64,000 nucleotides of DNA from Patescibacteria group bacterium (GTDB lineage: Bacteria; Patescibacteriota; Minisyncoccia; Phycocordibacterales; Phycocordibacteraceae): assembly GCA_019744845.1 (NCBI GenBank), contig JAIETW010000001.1:482859-546858 (forward strand). Reading direction: 5' to 3'. Under the pieces are notes generated by a model. The model did no database searches and was not told the DNA's origin. It saw only the letters and a list, made by a program, of their open reading frames with translations. The translations under genes and the position numbers were made by a program. Below are positions 1 to 8,609 of this stretch, piece after piece. Within the stretch, counting starts at the first letter, position 1; every line of letters begins with the position of its first letter.

Positions 1-62
1 TTTCCAGTGATTTCACATTCGCGTGCCATAGTCGCCGCATGCTAGCATGGCAGGAGCGTTTT

Positions 63-701
63 ATGCAAACCGACCTAGAAACCAGCATTTTCACCATAGT
101 AGTGCTTATTTTCTCCATCATCATCCATGAGGTGGCCCATGGATACGCGGCCAATTCCCTCGGAGACCCCACGGCCAAGCTCTCAGGCCGTCTCACGATG
201 AATCCGCTTCCGCATATAGACCCCATTGGGTCAGTGCTCCTCCCAGGACTCTTGGTGTTGACGAGTGCCGGAATGCTCTTCGGGTGGGCAAAGCCCGTGC
301 CATACAACCCGTACAACCTTAAGAACCGGCGCTGGGGCGAGGCGATCGTGGGAATCGCAGGCGTCGCCACCAACCTCCTTCTTGCGGTGCTTTTTGCACT
401 CCTCGCCAAGGTGGCCTACGCCTCAGGAGCGCCGGTCTTTGGGGACCTCTCTGCCATCATTGTGTATGTAAACCTCTTCTTGGGTCTCTTTAACCTCATT
501 CCGTTCCCCCCGCTTGATGGCTTTACCGTGTTACGTGGCGTACTTCCTGGGCGCTATGCCATGTCCCTCCGAAACCTTGAAGAGCGCTTCCTTGGCGGTG
601 GTATCTTCAGCCTCCTCCTATTCCTTATCGTCTTCTCCTACTTCTTCGTACAGCCTTTCGCGCAGTTTGTCCTCAGTGTCTTCCGATTCTTGATGTTCTA
701 A
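63..701 (+). CDS. Site-2 protease family (peptidase M50) membrane metalloprotease
   Basis: HEVAH zinc motif, FNLIPFPPLDG motif, several TM segments; start moved to ATG 63, downstream of AGGAG. Confidence 0.9.
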   Translation: MQTDLETSIFTIVVLIFSIIIHEVAHGYAANSLGDPTAKLSGRLTMNPLPHIDPIGSVLLPGLLVLTSAGMLFGWAKPVPYNPYNLKNRRWGEAIVGIAGVATNLLLAVLFALLAKVAYASGAPVFGDLSAIIVYVNLFLGLFNLIPFPPLDGFTVLRGVLPGRYAMSLRNLEERFLGGGIFSLLLFLIVFSYFFVQPFAQFVLSVFRFLMF

Positions 702-740
702 GGTCTATACTGAGTGGGTATTAGTCACTAATTACCCAAC

Positions 741-1130
741 ATGGAACTCACGGTGTTTCTCGCTAAAGTGTTCGGTCTCTACATGCTCATCGCGGGCATT
801 GCAGTCCTCTTTAACCGCCGCCACATCATGGCCGGAGTCATGGCAATCGCTAAAGAGCGGTTTGCCCAGATCATTGCAGGAACTGTCGCCCTCTTCTTCG
901 GTCTTATCCTCGTGAATCTTCACAACGATTGGTCCACACTTCCTGCAAGCTTGGTCTCTCTCGTCGGTTGGTTTGGGGTCGCGAAGGGCGTGTTCTATCT
1001 CTTCCTTCCAGAAGGGAAGATCACGAAGCTCATGCACATGCTTACGGACCGTAACTGGTACACCGTTGATGGTGTCGTCGCGATTGTCATCGGTGTGTAC
1101 CTCGCCGGCTTCGGCTACGGCTGGTTCTAA
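741..1130 (+). CDS. Hypothetical 4-TM membrane protein
   Basis: Four hydrophobic segments; fills the gap between neighbouring genes. Confidence 0.75.
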   Translation: MELTVFLAKVFGLYMLIAGIAVLFNRRHIMAGVMAIAKERFAQIIAGTVALFFGLILVNLHNDWSTLPASLVSLVGWFGVAKGVFYLFLPEGKITKLMHMLTDRNWYTVDGVVAIVIGVYLAGFGYGWF

Positions 1131-1190
1131 GTTCACAGCCCACACCTCTCCTCATCTATGAGGAGTAAATAAGCGCTATACTGAAGGAGC

Positions 1191-2189
1191 ATGAAGCTCC
1201 TTCAGTCGTTTCTGGCGCTCTTTCTTTTGGTGGCACTCGTGGTGCCTGCCTCGCTTTTTGCGCAAGGATTCAGCGCTGGGGGAGTAGAGCCACTCACGGT
1301 CACTCTCAACCCACAATATCCCCGCCCTTTTGATACGGTCACGATCACTCCTCGTAGCAACCTCATAGATCTTGCGGCAGCACGTGTCGTTGTTTCGGTA
1401 AACGGAGAAATTATTGAAGACGGAAGTGGTTCTCGTTCCGTACAAACGCGCGTTGGCGCCGCAGGAACCCGCTCCGTGATTCGCGTCACGGCAACTGAAG
1501 CTTCCGGTCAGGTCTACGCCAAAGAAATGGTAGTCACTCCTGCAGATGTCGCGCTCATTATTGACGCCGCATCTACCGCGCATCCATTTTATGAAGGTGC
1601 CCGATTGGTTGCGCCGGAAGGACGCGTGCGTGTGATCGCTATTCCCGACCTTCGCACCTCTGCGGGCGCCACTATCCCTCCACAAAGTCTCGTCTACACC
1701 TGGAAGAACGGTGATCGCGTGCTGCTTGAGCACTCGGGCATTGGACGCTCTGTGCTTGATGCGACCGCGCCAGTCCGTCACCGTGACGCAAAAATTACCG
1801 TGACGGTTTCCACTCAAGACAAGGCAGTTTCTGCCAGCGCGGTGACCACCGTCTCTCCGGTGGATCCATTCGTCCGCGTTTACACGTCGTCTCCGCTCCT
1901 TGGCCCGTCATTTGAAAATGCATTGAGTCAGTCCGTCACTATGGAAGGGGACGAGGACACCTTCCGTGCCGTGCCGTACTTCTTCCGCACTACTCCTGAG
2001 ATGGCCTGGAGCGTGAACGGAGTTGCGGGAGAAAAGGACGACACTCTTACCGTTCGCATCACCGAGCCAGGTCGTGGCACCGCACGCATTGAAGTGTCTG
2101 CACTTGGTGGTGGAGTCTTCCAGAATGCACAGGCGTTCTTCACCTTGAGCTTCGGCTCTGACGGAGGAACAGGTATATTTGGACTATGA
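1191..2189 (+). CDS. Secreted beta-rich (Ig-like) surface protein
   Basis: Signal peptide ending in LFA-Q; beta-strand-rich segments with YTWK and MAWSVNG motifs. Confidence 0.7.
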   Translation: MKLLQSFLALFLLVALVVPASLFAQGFSAGGVEPLTVTLNPQYPRPFDTVTITPRSNLIDLAAARVVVSVNGEIIEDGSGSRSVQTRVGAAGTRSVIRVTATEASGQVYAKEMVVTPADVALIIDAASTAHPFYEGARLVAPEGRVRVIAIPDLRTSAGATIPPQSLVYTWKNGDRVLLEHSGIGRSVLDATAPVRHRDAKITVTVSTQDKAVSASAVTTVSPVDPFVRVYTSSPLLGPSFENALSQSVTMEGDEDTFRAVPYFFRTTPEMAWSVNGVAGEKDDTLTVRITEPGRGTARIEVSALGGGVFQNAQAFFTLSFGSDGGTGIFGL

Positions 2190-3061
2190 TCTTCTCTCGC
2201 TCCACACTTCTCGTGATACTCGCAGCGACTGCTGCAATCGTTCTTCCGCAGGCCGTACTTGCTGCGGAAGGGTTCACTCCACTTACGCAGATTCCGGGCA
2301 TTGAAAACATTGCGTCGTCCTCTGGTCTTCCTGAGTTTTTGAATAACATCTATCAGCTCTGTATTGGTGCGGCTGCGGTGCTTGCCGTGCTTCAGATCAT
2401 GCGTGGTGGCGTCATCTACATGATGGGTGACAGTATTACTGAAAAGAAAGAGGCGAAGGATTTGATTGTCATGTCTATCGTCGGGCTTCTCTTGGTGCTT
2501 TCTCCTGCCATTGTCTTCGGTATTATTGATCCTCGTATTTTGAACTTGAATGTGGGCTTTGATCGGTTGAATCCAGGACAGGTGGGGTCAGGCAACGGCC
2601 AACAGGGCGCTGAATCTGGCACCGAGGGAGGGGAAGAGGGCGAACCCGCAGATGGAGACGATGAGCCTGCTGCACCAGAAGGCGACGATGAAGAGTGTGA
2701 TCCTGAGACCGAAGAAGAAGTTTTCAACTCTAACGGCACCACCACCTGTGAACCTCTCTCAGAAGTAACTGAGAGTGGGGTGGGTGTTCCTCAGCCAGTA
2801 CAGTTCCGTGTAAGTGCAGCGGAGGGAGGCAAGCGATATATAAAAGCCACATATGTATCCGGAACTCCTGCCGGAGCCTCCGAGCCGTGTAACTTGATTG
2901 AGTTTCAACAGGACTACTACAGCCTAAGTCAGTGTCCTGCGACCACCCCGTCGCCATACCGCGAGATTCTCGGATGCCAAGAAGTGACCGGATTGCCGAA
3001 AACAATTTCTGCAACCGTGCCGGGTCCTCGCTGCAACCAGCCACAATTTAACGTCCAATAG
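2186..3061 (+). CDS. CPR-type pilin (TrbC/VirB2-like) with acidic linker and Cys-rich C-terminal domain
   Basis: Signal peptide, two-TM pilin core (IGAAAVLAVLQIMRGG...KKEAKDLIVMSIVGLLLVL), G/E/D-rich linker, Cys-rich tail. Confidence 0.7.
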   Translation: MIFSRSTLLVILAATAAIVLPQAVLAAEGFTPLTQIPGIENIASSSGLPEFLNNIYQLCIGAAAVLAVLQIMRGGVIYMMGDSITEKKEAKDLIVMSIVGLLLVLSPAIVFGIIDPRILNLNVGFDRLNPGQVGSGNGQQGAESGTEGGEEGEPADGDDEPAAPEGDDEECDPETEEEVFNSNGTTTCEPLSEVTESGVGVPQPVQFRVSAAEGGKRYIKATYVSGTPAGASEPCNLIEFQQDYYSLSQCPATTPSPYREILGCQEVTGLPKTISATVPGPRCNQPQFNVQ

Positions 3062-3063
3062 TT

Positions 3064-4314
3064 ATGTCTGCCAACACTCGTCGCATCCTCATCATCGCTG
3101 TCGCTGTCGCTGTGGTGATTGCAGTGCTTGGCATTATCTGGGCATTCTTTTTCCGTAGTGGTCCTGATCTTCAAGTGGGTGGGGGAGATCCGTTTGGTAA
3201 TGCAGGATCAGGCGATACGACCGGTGGTGATGTGCCCGGAGTACTAGATTCCGGTATTAACTACTCTAGTGATGCGGGGACACTCGTCGCACCACGCTTG
3301 GTGCGCATTACCGACGCGCCAGTCGCATACGGATCGGTTGCCATGTATATCCCGGAAGTGCCTGCAGCGACCACGACTGACGGAAGTGTTACTCCTGCAA
3401 TACCGCCAGACGTAGAGATTCGTTTCGTAGAACGCCAGAGCGGTAACGTCTATGCGTATCGTGCCTATGCCCGATCTCTTACCCGTCTTTCTAATCAGAC
3501 TGTGCCAGGAGTACACGAAGCGGTGTGGCTTTCAGATGGCTCACTCGCGTATCTCCGCTTTTTGACTTCAACCACTGGTACGGAAATACTCCAAACATAC
3601 GCATTGCCTGCCAACGGTGATGGTGGGTACTACCTAGAGCAGGGAATTGCCGACCTTGCCGCAACCAGCAGCAGATCCGTGATGTCGCTTGTCACAAGCT
3701 CGAGTGGGTCGGTCGCCACTGCCGCAAACGCAGACGGTACTGAGCCGCGCACCGCATTCTCTTCGGCTATCACTGATCTGGCAATTGCATTCTTTGGGCG
3801 CGGATATCTTGCCACCACTCGTGGTTCCGCAAGTTTGGATGGCTATTCCTTCTTTGTATCTGAGGGCGGGACGACGTGGAGTCGTATTGCAGGACCGCTG
3901 CGCGGACTCTCTGCGATTGGAAGCCCTGATGGCACCACCGCACTTATTTCATACGTAGACCGCGGTACGCTTACGACTCGTCTAGTAGACATGCAGACAC
4001 GTCTCGTGACCCCGCTTCCGATTGCAACCCTTACAGAAAAGTGTGCGTTCTCTGCCGACAGCACTGCGCTCTATTGTTCGGTGCCGACCAATACTGTAGG
4101 CACGCTCCCCGACGCCTGGTACCAGGGCACAGTCAGTTTTGCAGATCGTATTTGGAAGGTAGACCTTGCGTCTCGTGTGACATTCATGCTGCTTGACCCC
4201 ACAGAAGTCGCAGAGATACAGCTCGATGGGGTCTCGCTTGCGGTAGATCCTACCGATGACATTCTTACGTTCACAAACCGGACGGACGGTTCTCTCTGGG
4301 CCTACGATCTTTAA
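3064..4314 (+). CDS. Membrane-anchored TolB-like beta-propeller protein
   Basis: N-terminal TM anchor; propeller-type repeats WLSDGS, SPDGT, FSADST, VDPTDD. Confidence 0.7.
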   Translation: MSANTRRILIIAVAVAVVIAVLGIIWAFFFRSGPDLQVGGGDPFGNAGSGDTTGGDVPGVLDSGINYSSDAGTLVAPRLVRITDAPVAYGSVAMYIPEVPAATTTDGSVTPAIPPDVEIRFVERQSGNVYAYRAYARSLTRLSNQTVPGVHEAVWLSDGSLAYLRFLTSTTGTEILQTYALPANGDGGYYLEQGIADLAATSSRSVMSLVTSSSGSVATAANADGTEPRTAFSSAITDLAIAFFGRGYLATTRGSASLDGYSFFVSEGGTTWSRIAGPLRGLSAIGSPDGTTALISYVDRGTLTTRLVDMQTRLVTPLPIATLTEKCAFSADSTALYCSVPTNTVGTLPDAWYQGTVSFADRIWKVDLASRVTFMLLDPTEVAEIQLDGVSLAVDPTDDILTFTNRTDGSLWAYDL

Positions 4315-5054
4315 TCAGCGACTGGTTCTACCGGTGCGTTTCTAATTTTGCGTGAGATAAGAAGCTCCTGAAGAAGGGTGAAGAGGTTGCTGGTAATAAA
4401 GTAGAGGGCGATTGCGCCTGAGGTGAAGGCGACAAATCCAATGATGAGAGGGAGCATGAAGCGCATCTGGAGTGCCATCGCACGTCCAAACTCTTCTTGC
4501 ATGGTAGCGGGGGCAGAGCCTGTTGGCTTTGGAGGCACTGGAATCGCCACGTACGCGTGTGCGAACTGGGTAATGGCGGCAATGATGGCGAGGGTGATGC
4601 TTGCGCCTGCAACCGGGAGAAGGCCAAGGAACATGGTGGAGATCACTTCAGGTACTGGCACGAATGAGTAGAGGAGCGGAACGGCAACTTGGGAGAGGGA
4701 TTCGTTCTGGAACACCCAGAAGAGGGCAATGAGGACCGGGATCTGTATCAAAATAGCGAGAATGCTCGCAAAGGGCTTTACGTTGTGCTTCTTATAGAGC
4801 GCAAACATCTCACGAGCCTGTGTTTCTTTATCGTCCTTGTACTTCTCGCGCAGCTCCTTGAACTCAGGCTCAATAGCCTTCATTGCCTTCTGGGTGCGGA
4901 TAGCCGCGACCGTAAGGGGTAGGGTAACGACCTTCACCACTAGGGTGACGGCGACCACCGCAAGACCTGCGTCTCCTCCAGGAAGTACTCCCGTGAGATA
5001 CACGAGGAGGTTATATATAGGTACGTACAGAACGTCGTGGAAGAAGCCGATCAT
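4311..5054 (-). CDS. yidC: Membrane protein insertase YidC/Oxa1
   Basis: YidC core motifs (IQIPVLIALF, ALYFITSNLF); located in rpmH-rnpA-yidC cluster. Confidence 0.92.
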   Translation of the reverse strand: MIGFFHDVLYVPIYNLLVYLTGVLPGGDAGLAVVAVTLVVKVVTLPLTVAAIRTQKAMKAIEPEFKELREKYKDDKETQAREMFALYKKHNVKPFASILAILIQIPVLIALFWVFQNESLSQVAVPLLYSFVPVPEVISTMFLGLLPVAGASITLAIIAAITQFAHAYVAIPVPPKPTGSAPATMQEEFGRAMALQMRFMLPLIIGFVAFTSGAIALYFITSNLFTLLQELLISRKIRNAPVEPVAD

Positions 5055-5066
5055 TGTGAGTGGATT

Positions 5067-5384
5067 CTACGTGTGAAGTGCCCTTGTTAGCAAGGAGGAC
5101 AGCTCGTGGGATAAGTCTTTAAAGGACAAAGAAGAGGTGCCAGTGCGAGCATAGACGACGAGCGCGAAGTCCGGGGAGCACCAGGGCTTCATGACCGATA
5201 GGATCCGGCGCTTCAAAAGGTGCCTAGATACCGAGAGTCTAGCGACTTTCTTAGGGACAACAACAGCACAGCCCCCGTGCCCTGGGGCGGCGGGGGCCAG
5301 CGTAAGAGAGAAATGCGTACTCGCAGCACGGGCCCCGGCAGTAGGGAAGGTCCTACGGGTGAGGCGCATGCGGCGTGGCAGCAT
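5067..5384 (-). CDS. rnpA: Ribonuclease P protein component
   Basis: VVVPKKVARLSVSRHLLKRR (RNR-like motif); synteny. Confidence 0.9.
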   Translation of the reverse strand: MLPRRMRLTRRTFPTAGARAASTHFSLTLAPAAPGHGGCAVVVPKKVARLSVSRHLLKRRILSVMKPWCSPDFALVVYARTGTSSLSFKDLSHELSSLLTRALHT

Positions 5385-5387
5385 GTC

Positions 5388-5540
5388 CTACTTCTTTGGC
5401 TTAGAAACGGTAAGGGACGCGCGTCCTTTACGGCGGCGGGCAGCGATTACACGCTTACCTCCCACTGTTGAAGCGCGGGCACGGAAGCCGTGCGTCTTTG
5501 CGCGCTTCCTCTTTTTTGGCTGATAGGTTCGCTTTGGCAT
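5388..5540 (-). CDS. rpmH: 50S ribosomal protein L34 (missing from ORF track)
   Basis: Manual translation [50 protein letters not shown]. Confidence 0.97.
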   Translation of the reverse strand: MPKRTYQPKKRKRAKTHGFRARASTVGGKRVIAARRRKGRASLTVSKPKK

Positions 5541-5639
5541 GATTTCGTGTCGTCGTTAGATGTCCACAGGATACTAACAGTTTCCCCACTGCGAGGCAAG
5601 AATTGGCAGGGGGTGGAATGCGCGTATACTACACCAACT

Positions 5640-6986
5640 ATGAATAAGTACGACTCTCGTGAACTTTGGGAACATGTGCTCTCGCAGGTCGAACTTTCAA
5701 TCTCTCCCGCAAACTTCAATACATGGTTTCGTGAAAGCTCTATCGTAAAGATTGAGGACGGGATTGTGTACATTGGTGTGCCAAGTCAGTTCTTCCGAGA
5801 CTGGTACCTAAAGAAATTCCACCCACTTCTCCTCAAGATCATCCGTGGTGTCTCCTACGAGTTCCGCAATATTGAGTACATGATCGTGAAAGACGCGTCT
5901 CGCAAGCCTCGTACCGAGCGCAGACGCGAGCCAAGCATGGAAATGCCTCTTGATGAGTTCTATATCAACAAGAGCGACAATCTCAACCCTAAATATACGT
6001 TTGATACGTTTGTCGTAGGTTCTTTTAACGAGCTTGCCTACGCTGCTGCTCAAGCAATTCTTGCCCGGCCCGGCATCACCTACAACCCACTCTTCATTTA
6101 TGGAGACACCGGAAGAGGGAAGACCCACTTGATCCAGGCAATTGGTAACCAGTTCAAGAAACTGTATCCAAATCGCAAGGTGTTTTATTTGACCTCCGAG
6201 CGTTTCTCTGTGGATTACACCGATTCTATTGGAAGCGGGTCTGCGAATCGCTTCAAAGAGAAGTATCGTCAGTATGATTTGCTCATCATGGACGATGTGC
6301 AGTTCCTTGCGAAGAAAGAAAAGACCCAGGAAGAGCTTTTCCACCTTTTTAACTCGCTCCACGACAACAACAAGCAGATTATCTTCTCCTCAGACCGTTC
6401 TCCGCAGTCTATTCCTGACATCGCAGATCGCGTGCGCGGCCGCTTGTCCTCTGGAATGACGGTGGATATCGGGGAACCAGATACAGAGAGCCGTATGTCC
6501 ATTGTGCGCCGTAAGGCAGCCGCTAACGGGGTCACTCTAGGGGAGGATGTTATTGAATATGTGGCCACTTCAGTCTCTGGGTCTATCCGTGAGCTTGAAG
6601 GAGTCATAAATAGCGTGGTCTGTCACACCCAGGTGAAGGGCGTTCCTCCAGATCTTGCTGAGGTTCGCCAGTCCCTACGCGCCTTTTCACGGCCTACTAA
6701 GACAGTTTCTGTGAAGCATGTGGTCTCTAAGGTGGCTGAGTTCTACGGCATAGATGAAGAAAGCATCTATGAGAAGACTCGCCGTAGGGAAGTGGTACGT
6801 CCGCGCCAGGTAATCATGTATTTGCTCCGTGAGGACTTCTCGGTGTCCTACCCCACCATTGGTTCTAAGCTTGGGGGTCGTGATCACACCACCGTGATTC
6901 ACTCATGTGAGAAGGTGAAGCGTGAAATTGTGGATGATGCAGATCTTGCAAAAGAGATTCAGGACATTCGTGGATTGTTGGTATAG
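5640..6986 (+). CDS. dnaA: Chromosomal replication initiator DnaA
   Basis: LNPKYTFDTFVVG, Walker A GDTGRGKT, DDVQFL, GGRDHTTVIH; start reassigned to ATG 5640. Confidence 0.98.
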   Translation: MNKYDSRELWEHVLSQVELSISPANFNTWFRESSIVKIEDGIVYIGVPSQFFRDWYLKKFHPLLLKIIRGVSYEFRNIEYMIVKDASRKPRTERRREPSMEMPLDEFYINKSDNLNPKYTFDTFVVGSFNELAYAAAQAILARPGITYNPLFIYGDTGRGKTHLIQAIGNQFKKLYPNRKVFYLTSERFSVDYTDSIGSGSANRFKEKYRQYDLLIMDDVQFLAKKEKTQEELFHLFNSLHDNNKQIIFSSDRSPQSIPDIADRVRGRLSSGMTVDIGEPDTESRMSIVRRKAAANGVTLGEDVIEYVATSVSGSIRELEGVINSVVCHTQVKGVPPDLAEVRQSLRAFSRPTKTVSVKHVVSKVAEFYGIDEESIYEKTRRREVVRPRQVIMYLLREDFSVSYPTIGSKLGGRDHTTVIHSCEKVKREIVDDADLAKEIQDIRGLLV

Positions 6987-7220
6987 TTGTTGATAAGGGT
7001 ATGGAAAAGTCACAGATAGTCATGTGGGTAAAGAACGGACAACCTCGGGTTCGTAGTGTACGAAGAAAAAACTCCCGCGTGATATCCGCATGTCGTGGCA
7101 CGTTCTCCACAGCTTCTCAGTTCATCACGTGCCAGAACACGTCGTACTTGCTTCGTGATTTTCGTTTTCCACGTATCGACAAGACTAATAAGTAATTATG
7201 ATTATTAATTTAAATAAAAA
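6987..7220. other. Putative replication origin oriC
   Basis: dnaA-dnaN intergenic region with DnaA-box-like 9-mers (TGTTGATAA 6988, TGTGGGTAA 7023, TTCTCCACA 7103, TTTTCCACG 7165) followed by an AT-rich DUE-like tract at ~7186-7220. Confidence 0.75.
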
Positions 7221-8298
7221 AGAATTCAGAGATGTGGTGGGGATTGTATCTCGCTTTGCAGATAAGAGATCGTCGACACTTCCAACTCTTTCCGGTATCG
7301 CACTCATTGCAGGAGATGATGGGATTAAAGTTCGCGCCACTAATCTTGAGACGGGAGTCGATATGTTTGTAGAGGGAACGATTAAAACTCCTGGCGCGAT
7401 TGTCATTCCTTCTTCAGTCCTTCGTGATATCTCTTCTTCCTTCTCTGATTCAGGTCAGGTGACTATTGAACACTCTGGAGATACGGCGATTATTACAGCC
7501 GGAACCGCAAAGAGTACAGTGAAGACGCTTCCGTTTGATGATTTTCCTTCTCTACCACTTCCAGAGAACCCTAAAACCACTTTCCGTATTCCAGGAGCCT
7601 CTCTCGTATCCTTGATCAATACTGTTGCGTCTTGCGCATCTACTTCTACTATTCGTCCTGAACTTGCCGCAGTTCTTCTTTCTTCCGAGGGAGGGCATGT
7701 GAAGGCGGTTGCTACCGACTCATTCCGTCTTGCTGAGAAGAAGATTTCTATTAAAGAGAAGATGAATAACTTCTCTATCCTTATTCCTGCACGTAATGCG
7801 CTAGATCTTGCACAGACCATTCCTGATACGGATGTAGAGGTACGTGTAGATGAACACCAGTGTGCCGTCGTGTGGGGTAAGAACACCCTCACCACACGCC
7901 TTGTAGCAGCTGCATACCCTGATTACACGCAGATCATTCCTAAGTCCTTCACCTCAGAGGCTACGGTGCTTCGTAAGGACTTTGAGGGGGCCTTGAAGCG
8001 CACTGCAGTGTTCTCCGACTCCTTCCAGAAAGTGCGCCTTGGGTTTGATGTGAAGGGGAAGAAGCTTGCCCTTTCTGCACACAATGCAGACGTGGGAGAG
8101 GCGGTAGAGCCACTTGCGTCCTCTCTTACTGGGGATTCTCTAGAACTATCCTTTAACTTCCGCTACCTTCAGACCCCCCTTCCTTTGTTTACCTCAGAGA
8201 GTATTACGCTATCTGCAGGAGGAATTGGGCGCCCGCTCGTCATTAAGGGTGTAGGGGATCAGTCGTTCTTGTATCTGGTGATGCCAATGAATCAGTAG
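7198..8298 (+). CDS. dnaN: DNA polymerase III beta clamp
   Basis: ATNLE, VATDSFRLA, YPDY and YLVMPM motifs; follows dnaA. Confidence 0.97.
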   Translation: MIINLNKKEFRDVVGIVSRFADKRSSTLPTLSGIALIAGDDGIKVRATNLETGVDMFVEGTIKTPGAIVIPSSVLRDISSSFSDSGQVTIEHSGDTAIITAGTAKSTVKTLPFDDFPSLPLPENPKTTFRIPGASLVSLINTVASCASTSTIRPELAAVLLSSEGGHVKAVATDSFRLAEKKISIKEKMNNFSILIPARNALDLAQTIPDTDVEVRVDEHQCAVVWGKNTLTTRLVAAAYPDYTQIIPKSFTSEATVLRKDFEGALKRTAVFSDSFQKVRLGFDVKGKKLALSAHNADVGEAVEPLASSLTGDSLELSFNFRYLQTPLPLFTSESITLSAGGIGRPLVIKGVGDQSFLYLVMPMNQ

Positions 8299-8559
8299 TA
8301 TCTCCTTGGCTATTTGTCGTATCAAATTTGACAAAACACTACCCCCAACGCTAATACAGAACGTAGCCACAGAGTAGGAAGTCTGCGGTACAGTATAAGG
8401 AGATGGTCTTGTGAACTCTGGAGATGGCAATACGTCCAATGGGTTGTATTTCCTACCCTGCGAGGGTTAGTCAGATTAACTGGCGGCTTATACGTAGAGA
8501 TTCCTCCACCTCCAGAGTTCAATAGGCCATCTTTTTCCAACATAGCACGTACCGTGCTT

Positions 8560-8590
8560 AAAAAAGACGTTGTGGATAGTATTCCACAAC
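8560..8590 (-). terminator. Probable intrinsic terminator of the PBP gene
   Basis: Minus strand GTTGTGGA-ATACTA-TCCACAAC followed by GTCTTTTTT. Confidence 0.5.
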
Positions 8591-8609
8591 ACACTTCGGA
8601 GCACCTTGT

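Noticed and set aside
3088-3114. Short tandem repeats (CATCATC, GCTGTC x3)
   Set aside because: They encode the IIAVAVAV transmembrane helix; no evidence of phase variation
5490-5639. Long N-terminal extensions in the ORF track (dnaA; also tsaE, polA, rpsT, ZIP, tmk, recO and ORFs 11663, 33687)
   Set aside because: They overlap neighbouring genes or tRNAs; internal ATGs match family N-termini and promoter spacing
8569-8590. Inverted pair of DnaA-box-like sequences downstream of dnaN (possible second origin half)
   Set aside because: Better explained as the PBP gene terminator hairpin, with a T-run on the minus strand; a dual role cannot be excluded
8209-8594. Minus-strand ORFs 8322-8594 and 8209-8439
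   Set aside because: No recognisable motifs or start signals; one overlaps dnaN; left as unexplained spacer
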